This document shows positions 1-6,687 of a DNA stretch of 32,000 bases, in pieces (position 1 is the first letter of the stretch; each line of letters starts with the position of its first letter). The notes beneath the pieces are model-generated. The model saw nothing but the letters and a program-made list of their open reading frames with translations, ran no database searches and had not been told where the DNA came from. The position numbers and the translations under genes were made by a program. This DNA is from Candidatus Saccharimonadota bacterium. GTDB taxonomy: Archaea; Nanohalarchaeota; Nanosalinia; Nanosalinales; Nanosalinaceae. The stretch is from the NCBI GenBank assembly GCA_001761425.1, contig CP012986.1:30001-62000 (forward strand), read 5' to 3'.

Positions 1-762
1 TGTGATGTCGTCGATGTCTCTTTCCACTCCTTCGTACGTGGATTCGACGGGTCTCAGGCCGTATTTGATTCCTATTTCGAGAGGTTTCAGTTCGTCTTTT
101 TCCTGTTTGAGCTGTTGGAAGGCCTGTTTTACTGTTTCCTGTTTCTGTTTGATTGTTTCCCATTCCTGGTAGATTTTCTGTGCTGTTGTCTGTATCTGCT
201 GGTCTATGAGTTCGCTGTTGTCCGGTAGGTGGTATTCTGTTTCTTCTACTGTTTTTTCACCGTTTTCTATTTTTCTCAGGTCTTCTAGGTAGTCTCTCAT
301 GGCGTGTATTTTCAGTTCTTTTCCTTCTCTGAGGCCTTCGAGTTCTTCAAGAGTGGCAGGTATATCAAGTTCGTGTTTTACGGGTTTGAGGCCTTTTTCC
401 TGTCTGTATCTCTGGTAGAGGTGTTCTGCTTCTTTCATTGCTGTGTTTTTCTCTGTGTCGAGGTGTTTTTTGTGGTCGAGAAGGTCTGGTTTGTGTGCTT
501 CAAGGCCTCTGTTTTCTCCGTAGTTCTTTTTTGTAGGGTTTTCCAGCGGTCTGAGCGTTTTTCGGAAGTTGGTGTTTTCTGCTTTGAAGTATACTCTTTT
601 CTTTGAGAGGTCTCTGTAGTCTCTGTGGAGCTGTTCTATTTCTTCTTCCGGTTCTCTGTCGTCTTGAAGGCTCTGTTCTACCTGTGTGATGGTTTCTGTG
701 AGCTGTTCTACGTGTTCTGCAGCTTCCTTGTTGAACTGGTCTATCTGTTCTTCTGGCTCCAC
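1..762 (-). CDS. hypothetical K/E/Q-rich coiled-coil protein; C-terminus lies beyond the window edge and the ORF is absent from the supplied track
   Basis: My translation of the minus strand is open from GTG 762-760 (VEPEEQIDQFNKEAAEHVEQLTETITQVEQ...) to position 1 (...LEIGIKYGLRPVESTYEGVERDIDDIT). An in-frame TAA lies at 790-792 just upstream. TTTTAAT/TTATAA TATA-like boxes sit 25-33 nt upstream. The sense strand has the same purine-rich composition as neighbouring genes. Confidence 0.5.
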   Translation of the reverse strand, partial: MEPEEQIDQFNKEAAEHVEQLTETITQVEQSLQDDREPEEEIEQLHRDYRDLSKKRVYFKAENTNFRKTLRPLENPTKKNYGENRGLEAHKPDLLDHKKHLDTEKNTAMKEAEHLYQRYRQEKGLKPVKHELDIPATLEELEGLREGKELKIHAMRDYLEDLRKIENGEKTVEETEYHLPDNSELIDQQIQTTAQKIYQEWETIKQKQETVKQAFQQLKQEKDELKPLEIGIKYGLRPVESTYEGVERDIDDIT

Positions 763-816
763 CGGTAGAAGTTTGTTGTGATTAAAATGTTATAATGTTC
801 TCTGGTGTACATGTTT

Positions 817-1158
817 CTAGTTCTGTTTTGTTACTTTCTGCAGTGTGTATGGGAAGTATGTGAGGCCTGTCATGCCTAGTGGGTAGAGTATTCGGGCTAA
901 TGTGGCTGCTGTGTTGTTTTCTGTTGCCATGCCGTAGATTTCGAGTGTGAAGATGAGGACGAGGATTAGGCTTGATGCTGCGAGTGTTTTGAAGGCCTTG
1001 AGTGCCTGGTCTTTGAGGAAGAATTTTGCTATGGCTGTTTCTCTGTCTTTTTCCATGTTTTTGACGATTCTGTAGTAGAAGATGGTCATGCAGAGATAGA
1101 TTGTTCCTCCTATTATCCCTAGTATTATGAATCCTGCGTTTACTGTGGCTTGTTCCAT
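817..1158 (-). CDS. small integral membrane protein (about 3 TM segments), function unknown
   Basis: 113-aa ORF with hydrophobic segments GFIILGIIGGTIYLCMTIFYY, LAASSLILVLIFTLEIYG and LYPLGMTGLTYF. It follows the stop of the preceding ORF by 1 nt. Confidence 0.5.
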   Translation of the reverse strand: MEQATVNAGFIILGIIGGTIYLCMTIFYYRIVKNMEKDRETAIAKFFLKDQALKAFKTLAASSLILVLIFTLEIYGMATENNTAATLARILYPLGMTGLTYFPYTLQKVTKQN

Positions 1159-1159
1159 T

Positions 1160-1480
1160 TTAGAATCGCCTCCACCATCTTGCCATTACTGTGATTGTTA
1201 CTGTTCCCTGGATTACTGTTACTGTTCTTCCTATCAGTATTCCTGTTTCTCTGAATCCCATAAACATTCCTGTGCCGAGTATGAGAAGGCCTAGGGCCTG
1301 TATTGCGTGGGCGTATGTCAGGGCCCTAAATTCTCTGTATGTTTTGTCTGTTTGAAGCCTCATCTTTGTCATGAATGTTTTACCTGATTCCTCGAGGCCT
1401 CTGTATATGAGAAGTGCTACTGTCCCTGCTACGGCTGTGACCGATGCCATCGATACTAGGAGCAGGTGGTATCCTTCCAT
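1160..1480 (-). CDS. small integral membrane protein, possible distant paralogue of 817-1158
   Basis: 106-aa ORF with segments LLLVSMASVTAVAGTVALLIY and AIQALGLLILGTGMFMGF. It has the same TM / amphipathic linker / TM layout as the downstream ORF. A TGTTATAAC TATA-like box lies about 22 nt upstream of the ATG. Confidence 0.5.
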   Translation of the reverse strand: MEGYHLLLVSMASVTAVAGTVALLIYRGLEESGKTFMTKMRLQTDKTYREFRALTYAHAIQALGLLILGTGMFMGFRETGILIGRTVTVIQGTVTITVMARWWRRF

Positions 1481-1550
1481 GAGATCATTTTTGGTTTCTG
1501 GAGTTATAACAGTTAAAAAAAGAAGAACAGAGACGAGTAGCTTCCTTCAG

Positions 1551-1736
1551 CTATGCCTGTTTCTCTGAGTAAGCTGTGAACGCCGATGAGAAAAAGCCCG
1601 CGAACGCGACTGCGTAAAGCGCCCATACCAGGTCATCAGTCGGGATTAACGTGCTTACAGCGTACGTTGCTATCACCGAGATGAACAGGGAAATGACAGC
1701 ATGTATCAGAACATCCTTTGCAACATCTTCGTCCAT
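1551..1736 (-). CDS. 61-aa two-TM membrane peptide, function unknown
   Basis: Hydrophobic ORF (VLIHAVISLFISVIATYAVSTLI, WALYAVAFAGFFSSAF). A TATA-like AAAAATATAAG (1761-1771) ends 24 nt before the ATG, matching the leaderless spacing seen at other operon-first genes here. Confidence 0.35.
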   Translation of the reverse strand: MDEDVAKDVLIHAVISLFISVIATYAVSTLIPTDDLVWALYAVAFAGFFSSAFTAYSEKQA

Positions 1737-1902
1737 GAAAAAGTTTTACAAAAAACTTAACTTATATTTTTCCCAACTGACTCTTTTTCTAGCTTTCTAC
1801 ATAAGGCCTGTCCAGGTTTCCTGTACCAGGGATTTTCTTCTGACATTTTCAAAAAGTTTCCCGGATGTAGTATCTGTGGTTCAAGGCCTGTCTGAAGGTG
1901 TT

Positions 1903-1913
1903 GAAAAAGGGGG
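1903..1913 (-). terminator. oligo-T tract after rpoD (CCCCCTTTTTC on the sense strand)
   Basis: T-run about 29 nt after the rpoD stop codon. Archaeal RNA polymerase terminates at oligo-T. Confidence 0.3.
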
Positions 1914-1941
1914 TTGAGGCCTTGGAGTAGGAAATGGGGGT

Positions 1942-2514
1942 TCAGTAGTTTTTGAGTTCTGTTTCGAACTCGTCTAGGTCTTTCTGTAGCTGTTCGATGG
2001 CTGCTTCGAAAAGTTCCTGGTTGCTGTATCCTGAGGTGGATTCGATTCTGAATTCGAATTCTCCTTCGCCTGTTTTTTCGTATCCGACTGTTCCGCCCTG
2101 GTGTTTGGCGTGTGTGTGTCCTGTCTGGAGTGTTGCGATTCCTTCGAGTGTTAGTTCCTGTCCTTCTTTGAGTTCGACGAGTAGTGTATCAGGGTTGACA
2201 GGTTCTGCTTCATCGTTGTCGGCTTTGATGTCTGATGCGTGGACTGGTCCCGGTCCTTCCTGTTGGACTGCGATGTGTACTTCGTCTTCTTTGTCCACGT
2301 TCTGTGGGATTGTCCATGGGATCTGTCCGATCCTGTTTGCGAGGATTTCGTCGAAGAGGCCTGATTCGTTCTGGTTGACGTAGATTTCCTTGATTGCTAG
2401 GGTAGGTACTTTGACCATCATTGCTCTTCTTAAGGTGTTGGCGATGGCTGAGTTTGAGTCTTCCAGTTTTACTTTTAGAACGTCTTCTGTTTCCTCGACT
2501 GTCTCGATGTTCAT
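1942..2514 (-). CDS. rpoD: DNA-directed RNA polymerase subunit D (Rpo3)
   Basis: 190 aa. The N-terminus ...SNSAIANTLRRAMMVKVPTLAIKEIYVNQNESGLFDEILANRIGQIPW is the alpha-like dimerisation motif. The gene follows S13-S4-S11, the conserved archaeal order. Confidence 0.85.
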   Translation of the reverse strand: MNIETVEETEDVLKVKLEDSNSAIANTLRRAMMVKVPTLAIKEIYVNQNESGLFDEILANRIGQIPWTIPQNVDKEDEVHIAVQQEGPGPVHASDIKADNDEAEPVNPDTLLVELKEGQELTLEGIATLQTGHTHAKHQGGTVGYEKTGEGEFEFRIESTSGYSNQELFEAAIEQLQKDLDEFETELKNY

Positions 2515-2557
2515 TGTGGTAACCTCTTCGAAATTGGAAAGATAAAAACTGCAGAGA

Positions 2558-2941
2558 TTATACTCTGCGTCCTCTTTTACCGCCTTTCTCTCTGCATCCG
2601 TCGTGCGGTACAGGTGTAACGTCCTCGATATTTCCTACTTCGAGGTCGCTCCTTGAGATTGCTCTGATCGAAGGCTGTGCGCCTTTACCCGGCATCTTCT
2701 GCTTCTGTCCACCTGGAGCTCTTACACGGATGTCAACTTTTTCGATCCCTTTCTCCTGTGCCTGCTGGGCTGCCTGTTTAGCTGCCTTCATAGCTGGGAA
2801 AGCGGATCCTTGGAGTCGTCCTTTGTCCGTTGTCATACCAGAAGTGATCCTGGCAAGAGTTTCAGCTCCTGTAGCGTCCGTAAGATGGACGATGGTGTTG
2901 TTGAAGCTGGAGTAGACATGAACTATTCCTTTCTTGACCAT
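2558..2941 (-). CDS. rps11: 30S ribosomal protein S11 (uS11)
   Basis: GIVHVYSSFNNTIVHLTDATGAETL... and ...DVTPVPHDGCR are typical of uS11. Position in the operon is conserved. Confidence 0.95.
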   Translation of the reverse strand: MVKKGIVHVYSSFNNTIVHLTDATGAETLARITSGMTTDKGRLQGSAFPAMKAAKQAAQQAQEKGIEKVDIRVRAPGGQKQKMPGKGAQPSIRAISRSDLEVGNIEDVTPVPHDGCREKGGKRGRRV

Positions 2942-3492
2942 TATTCGTCACCTCCTTCATCTTCTGATTCCTCAGAGTCCTGTGACTCTTCTTCTGTAGT
3001 ATCGTTTTCCTCTTCAACTTCTTCCTCCGGTTCAGGCCTTCTTACTTCCAGGTTCTTTTCTTCCTGCTTGGTTAGAAGGTAGCCTGGAACGTTAACTCTC
3101 TGTCCATCTACGTAGACGTGTCCATGGACTACAAGCTGACGTGCTTCGTTCACCGTATCAGAATAGCCTCTCCTGTTGACAGCTGTCTGAAGTCTCCTGT
3201 CCAGAAAGTCTGTAACATTAAGTGTGAAAAGATCCTCAAGCTCTGCGTTGCCCTTAACAAGGCCTATATCGTGGGCTCTCTGCTTGATATCATTTACCGC
3301 TTCAGAATCGTCTTCTTCCGATACGAGTTCCCTTGCTTTTCTTCTGAAGCTTCTGAGCTGGCTCTGGGCCTTGTAGATTTCCTTCTTGTTGTTGAGACCG
3401 TATTCTTCTGTTAGCTCCTCTTCTCTCTGGATGCGTTCTTCGCTCCATCCTTCGTTCGGGGTCTCGTACGTCTTCTTAAGTTTCTTTACCAT
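2941..3492 (-). CDS. rps4: 30S ribosomal protein S4 (uS4) with a short acidic C-terminal tail
   Basis: S4 domain RRLQTAVNRRGYSDTVNEARQLVVHGHVYVDGQRVNVPGYLL. The last ~30 aa are EEEVEEENDTTEEESQDSEESEDEGGDE. Confidence 0.93.
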   Translation of the reverse strand: MVKKLKKTYETPNEGWSEERIQREEELTEEYGLNNKKEIYKAQSQLRSFRRKARELVSEEDDSEAVNDIKQRAHDIGLVKGNAELEDLFTLNVTDFLDRRLQTAVNRRGYSDTVNEARQLVVHGHVYVDGQRVNVPGYLLTKQEEKNLEVRRPEPEEEVEEENDTTEEESQDSEESEDEGGDE

Positions 3493-3506
3493 TATCGAAG
3501 CACCTC

Positions 3507-3989
3507 TTATTCCTCATCCTCGGAAGTGCCTTCTGAGGCCTCTTCCTGGATCCTTGCTCTGGATACTCCGATCTTGCTTCCAGATCTGAATGAGGATTTT
3601 GTCTTCTGACCTCTTACAGGGAGGCCGATTTCGTGTCTCCAACCTTTGTAAGACCCGATTTCTTTGAGTCTTCTGATGTCGAACTCTTCCTTGAGTTCGA
3701 GGTCGGATTCGATCAAGTGTGTATTTTCTCCAGTCTCTCTGTCCTTTCTGCGGTTTCTAAGCCAGTCAGGGACGTCAAGCTGGTCCGGGTTCTTGATAGC
3801 TTCTTCTATGTCATCTATTTCTTCTTCGCCTAGGTCTCCTATCTTCTTTTCTTCGTAGCCGAGGCCTTCTGCAACTGCATTAGCGTACATCGGTCCGACT
3901 CCTTTCAGTGCTGTGATAGCTTTGCTTACCGGCTTCGTACCGTCGATACCGGTTCGTGCGATCCTTACGACTTCTTTTGTCTCTGACAT
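3507..3989 (-). CDS. rps13: 30S ribosomal protein S13 (uS13)
   Basis: MSETKEVVRIARTGIDGTKPVSKAITALKGVGPMYANAV... I moved the start to ATG 3989. The 24 extra codons in the track ORF show no similarity and would run into the TATA box. Confidence 0.9.
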   Translation of the reverse strand: MSETKEVVRIARTGIDGTKPVSKAITALKGVGPMYANAVAEGLGYEEKKIGDLGEEEIDDIEEAIKNPDQLDVPDWLRNRRKDRETGENTHLIESDLELKEEFDIRRLKEIGSYKGWRHEIGLPVRGQKTKSSFRSGSKIGVSRARIQEEASEGTSEDEE

Positions 3990-4023
3990 GTTCAAACCCG
4001 TAACAGAATCATCTTTGTTAAAT

Positions 4024-4034
4024 CTTATAAAGGG
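4024..4034 (-). promoter_or_regulatory. BRE/TATA-like box of the S13 operon (CCCTTTATAAG on the sense strand)
   Basis: Lies about 35 nt upstream of the rps13 ATG. It has the same CCC+T/A-box form as the S17 and L3 operon promoters. Confidence 0.4.
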
Positions 4035-4183
4035 TTGACTCAGGCCTAGTAACTTAACCATAAGTCGTTTAGTAGAATTGCGTCCAACAGGGAGAAAAGG
4101 TCAAGAAGAGAAATGAGGCCTCCTCACTTCAAATAAAAGAAAAAATTACCGTTCGTCCTCTTTCTTGGTAACTAAAAGGAAGA

Positions 4184-4468
4184 CTATCTTTCGTCTTCCT
4201 TTTTGATTAGATGCCAGCCGAATTCTGTTTTTACAGGGTCGGAGACTTCGCCTACATCCATTTCGAAGGCCTTTTTTTCGAACGGTTTTACCATGTCTCC
4301 GCGTCCGAAGAATCCGAGGTCTCCTCCGTTGTCCCCGGAAGGGCCTTCGCTTTTTTCTTCTGCCAGGTCTGCGAAGCTTTTACCGCTTCTTTCTAGCTCG
4401 AGTTTGATCTGTTTGGCGTGTTCTTCGTTGTCTACGAGGATGTGTCTTGCTCGGACTTCGTCGCTCAT
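4184..4468 (-). CDS. parvulin-type peptidyl-prolyl cis-trans isomerase
   Basis: 94 aa: RARHILV...SEGPSGDNGGDLGFFGRGDMVKPFEKKAFEMDVGEVSDPVKTEFGWHLIK, the PpiC/parvulin rotamase signature. Confidence 0.8.
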   Translation of the reverse strand: MSDEVRARHILVDNEEHAKQIKLELERSGKSFADLAEEKSEGPSGDNGGDLGFFGRGDMVKPFEKKAFEMDVGEVSDPVKTEFGWHLIKKEDER

Positions 4469-4567
4469 ATCTTTTGTTGGAGGCCTTGTTTTTCTTATCT
4501 ATTCGGGTGCTGGAGAAGTCTTTTCAGAAATTATTTAATTTTCTATAGCTGAAGCGTAGAAAAGGCC

Positions 4568-4729
4568 TAGCCCCCCCAGGATTCGAACCTGGGTCAGGGG
4601 ATGACTTCACCCCGAAGATCAGAGATCTTCTATATCCTCATCCCTGAGGATTTGAGGTTCCAAAGTCCCCTATCATTAGCCGCTCCGAGTCTAACTCAGA
4701 TAGAGCTTTGACCACTAGACCAGGGGGCT
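4568..4729 (-). tRNA. tRNA-Gln(UUG) with two introns: D-arm ~4676-4707 and anticodon loop 37/38 ~4603-4659
   Basis: Hand fold of the sense strand: AGCCCCC TG GTCT AGTGGTCAA [32 nt] TGAT A GGGGA CTTTGG [57 nt] A TCCCC TGAC CCAGG TTCGAAT CCTGG GGGGGCT A. The acceptor stem is 7 bp, and the T-arm and anticodon stem pair perfectly. No CCA is encoded. Confidence 0.8.
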
Positions 4730-4746
4730 GTACCCAAGGGTTGGAA

Positions 4747-4761
4747 TTTTATTCTTAAAAA
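4747..4761 (-). promoter_or_regulatory. TATA-like box for tRNA-Gln(UUG) (TTTTTAAGAATAAAA on the sense strand)
   Basis: Spans -32 to -18 relative to tRNA nucleotide 1 (a purine). Confidence 0.4.
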
Positions 4762-4862
4762 CCAACATTGTAGGCGGCATATGCTAGTTTTCTGTTATCC
4801 TGTATTCGTCGAACCTGTCAACAAACTGGGTCGTAAACAGTTTGTTACGTTCGAGTAAAGAA

Positions 4863-4869
4863 TTTTAAG
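4863..4869 (+). promoter_or_regulatory. TATA-like box (TTTTAAG) for the 4892 gene
   Basis: Starts 29 nt before ATG 4892, consistent with a leaderless transcript. Confidence 0.35.
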
Positions 4870-4891
4870 TTTGAGGCCTTACTGGTTTTTT

Positions 4892-5512
4892 ATGGATGAG
4901 GATGTGTTGGTGACCCGGGGCCGGTATCAGCCTTTTGGGAATCATCATGCTGCGGTTGTCGATCATTTTGCAGGTAAACATGATGCGGATACTGTCTATA
5001 TTTTTGCGGATGATACTCATGGCGAGCGTCTTCCTACCAGTCCTGCTATGGGTGGTGAGGTCGCGGATTTGATAGAGGCCTCGTATGAGAGTGATTACGA
5101 CGCCAGTTTTGGTGTGGAGGCCTTTGCGCATGATGGTTTGAATCCTTTTGAGTACGGGAATATTTTTTCTGTTCTTGGTGATGATCCGGTGTTTTTTACG
5201 CGGGAAGAGGATTTTGCCCGGAACGCTGAGAGAGGTAAGAGAGTTCTGGAGTCGTTCGGTTATAGTATGGATGTAGATTACGAGCCGAGGAATGATGAAG
5301 CTCCTTTCGAGAAGTTTGGTTATCCTGTTGAGGCCTCTTCGACGAGTATTCGCCAGGGTATCTTGAACGGTGATGAGTGGAGGAGATATGTTTCAGATTC
5401 TGTAGAAGAGTTTGTAGATGAGAACGATGAGTTCCGTGAAGCTCTTGTTCCTGAGGATGATCAGGACGCTTCAAAACATGTAGGTCTTCTGAAATCCCGT
5501 TTATCTGTCTGA
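4892..5512 (+). CDS. cytidylyltransferase-fold protein resembling archaeal nicotinamide-nucleotide adenylyltransferase
   Basis: VTRGRYQPFGNHHAAVVDH resembles the GRFQPFHxGH motif, and C-terminal SSTSIRQGILNGDEWRRYV resembles the ISGTxIR motif. I set the start at ATG 4892 (MDEDVLV...). Confidence 0.55.
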   Translation: MDEDVLVTRGRYQPFGNHHAAVVDHFAGKHDADTVYIFADDTHGERLPTSPAMGGEVADLIEASYESDYDASFGVEAFAHDGLNPFEYGNIFSVLGDDPVFFTREEDFARNAERGKRVLESFGYSMDVDYEPRNDEAPFEKFGYPVEASSTSIRQGILNGDEWRRYVSDSVEEFVDENDEFREALVPEDDQDASKHVGLLKSRLSV

Positions 5513-5842
5513 TTACTGGGGTGAGGGAGGCCTGACACTGAGTTTTTCGGGGTCTGCTGCTGCTATCCGTGCCTCGGAAAAATTTGTTTCTATTGCTTCC
5601 AGCCATTCGCCGTAGACCTTGTTGTTGAATTCCAGAGTTGATACGTCGGTGTAGACTGAAGAATCCAGTGCTGGCTTATACCTGCTCTCAGAGGATTTGA
5701 GGAAGTAATCCAGTTTCATCGAACCTTTTTCTTCATCGTATCTCGGAGAGACCACCATGCCTAAATTCGATTCCTCGATGCCGAAAGCCTGCATAAAGTT
5801 CTCTATACTTTCTATACAGCTTTCTATATTGTCGTCATACAT
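5513..5842 (-). CDS. hypothetical acidic protein (109 aa)
   Basis: ATG ORF preceded by GGAGG about 15 nt upstream and a TAATATATTT box. I recognise no family. Confidence 0.5.
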   Translation of the reverse strand: MYDDNIESCIESIENFMQAFGIEESNLGMVVSPRYDEEKGSMKLDYFLKSSESRYKPALDSSVYTDVSTLEFNNKVYGEWLEAIETNFSEARIAAADPEKLSVRPPSPQ

Positions 5843-5970
5843 CTTGTCCCTGATTGCCTCCTTCCTTTGAATAAAAAAAGACGCTAAAATATATTAACCG
5901 TTATTACAGCCCTTTGTATAGCCTATGGTAAACATGGAGGAAAAATCTGTCGGAGAAAAAGAGACTTTTT

Positions 5971-6076
5971 TAGCCCCCCCAGGATTCGAACCTGGGTCGA
6001 GAGGGCCAGGGCCTCTCATGAATTGCCGCTCCGAGTATAAACTCAGATAGAGCTTTGACCACTACACCAGGGGGCT
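5971..6076 (-). tRNA. tRNA-Gln(CUG) with one D-arm intron (~6022-6054)
   Basis: Hand fold: AGCCCCC TG GTGT AGTGGTCAA [33 nt] TCAT G AGAGG CCCTGGC CCTCT CGAC CCAGG TTCGAAT CCTGG GGGGGCT A. The acceptor and T-arm are identical to the other tRNA-Gln. Confidence 0.75.
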
Positions 6077-6100
6077 TTACATCACAGTCGTGAAAGCCAA

Positions 6101-6110
6101 TTGTTAAAAA
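6101..6110 (-). promoter_or_regulatory. TATA-like box for tRNA-Gln(CUG) (TTTTTAACAA on the sense strand)
   Basis: Spans -34 to -25 relative to tRNA nucleotide 1. Confidence 0.4.
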
Positions 6111-6191
6111 CTGATATCCGACGCTTCTCACGGGTCCAACCTTCTAGCTTTGGACAGAGTTGAATCCTCCTTCACCAAAAAAAGCTCTGAG

Positions 6192-6200
6192 ATAAAAAAG
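6192..6200 (+). promoter_or_regulatory. TATA-like box (ATAAAAAAG) for the 6220 gene
   Basis: Starts 28 nt before ATG 6220. Confidence 0.35.
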
Positions 6201-6219
6201 TTTTACATAAGGATTTGTT

Positions 6220-6675
6220 ATGAGAGGCCTTGAACGCAGAGTCATAGTTCTATGGTTTTTACAGGTAACAGCCTTTGTACTGTTTCTCTCGGCAGGCCTT
6301 TTCGCCGGTGTGGTTATGGATTTGCTTCCAGCTTCTGTACTAGTGCTTTCTTTGATGTTTGAAGCTCTGGGACTGGTTTATATGGTTTTGAGGTTCAGGA
6401 ACTGGGGTTTTGAGCTACGTGAGGATCATCTGTACCTGGATCACGGTGTTTTGAAGAGGACGTGTTCGATGGTTCCTTATGTACGTGTTCAGCATATTGA
6501 TACTCAGAGAGGGCCTTTTTACCGTTTGTTAGGTCTTTCGAAGGTTGTTGTTTATACTGCTGGTTCAAAGGGTGCTGATGTGGCGATTCCAGGCCTTTCA
6601 GGGAGTGATGCTTCGGTTGTTCAGGAAAAGCTTAGAGACTTGGCTATCGAGTCAGAAGATATGGATGCTGTGTGA
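6220..6675 (+). CDS. YdbS-like membrane protein with one bacterial PH (bPH_2/DUF304) domain
   Basis: Two N-terminal TM helices are followed by HLYLDHGVLKRTCSMVPYVRVQHIDTQRGPFYRLLGLSKVVVYTAG, the bPH_2 pattern. Confidence 0.75.
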   Translation: MRGLERRVIVLWFLQVTAFVLFLSAGLFAGVVMDLLPASVLVLSLMFEALGLVYMVLRFRNWGFELREDHLYLDHGVLKRTCSMVPYVRVQHIDTQRGPFYRLLGLSKVVVYTAGSKGADVAIPGLSGSDASVVQEKLRDLAIESEDMDAV

Positions 6676-6687
6676 GGTGTCTAGTTT

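Noticed and set aside
304-606. Plus-strand ORFs rich in F/S/C/L that lie antisense to minus-strand genes, for example 304-606, 1952-2383, 8582-8929, 16782-17537, 21318-21751, 24454-24855 and 26304-27005.
   Set aside because: They mirror the purine-rich sense strand of well-supported minus-strand genes (ribosomal proteins, RpoD and others). They have low-complexity composition, no start signals and no recognisable motifs. They are compositional shadow ORFs.
4603-4659. Possible C/D-box guide RNA inside the 57-nt tRNA-Gln intron, by analogy with the haloarchaeal tRNA-Trp intron (GGATGAGGA and CTGA are present).
   Set aside because: GATGAGG does not fit RUGAUGA. The box order and spacing do not give two guide regions. 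The intron is better explained by three simple hairpins.
4676-4729. Alternative tRNA-Gln fold that uses the GTCT...AGAC (GTGT...ATAC) pairing as the D-stem.
   Set aside because: It would need a 24-nt D-loop plus a second separate insert before the anticodon stem. A single 32-33-nt intron with D-stem GT(C/G)T/T(G/C)AT gives a canonical 72-nt tRNA with a covarying 12:23 pair. The alternative helix may still exist in the precursor.
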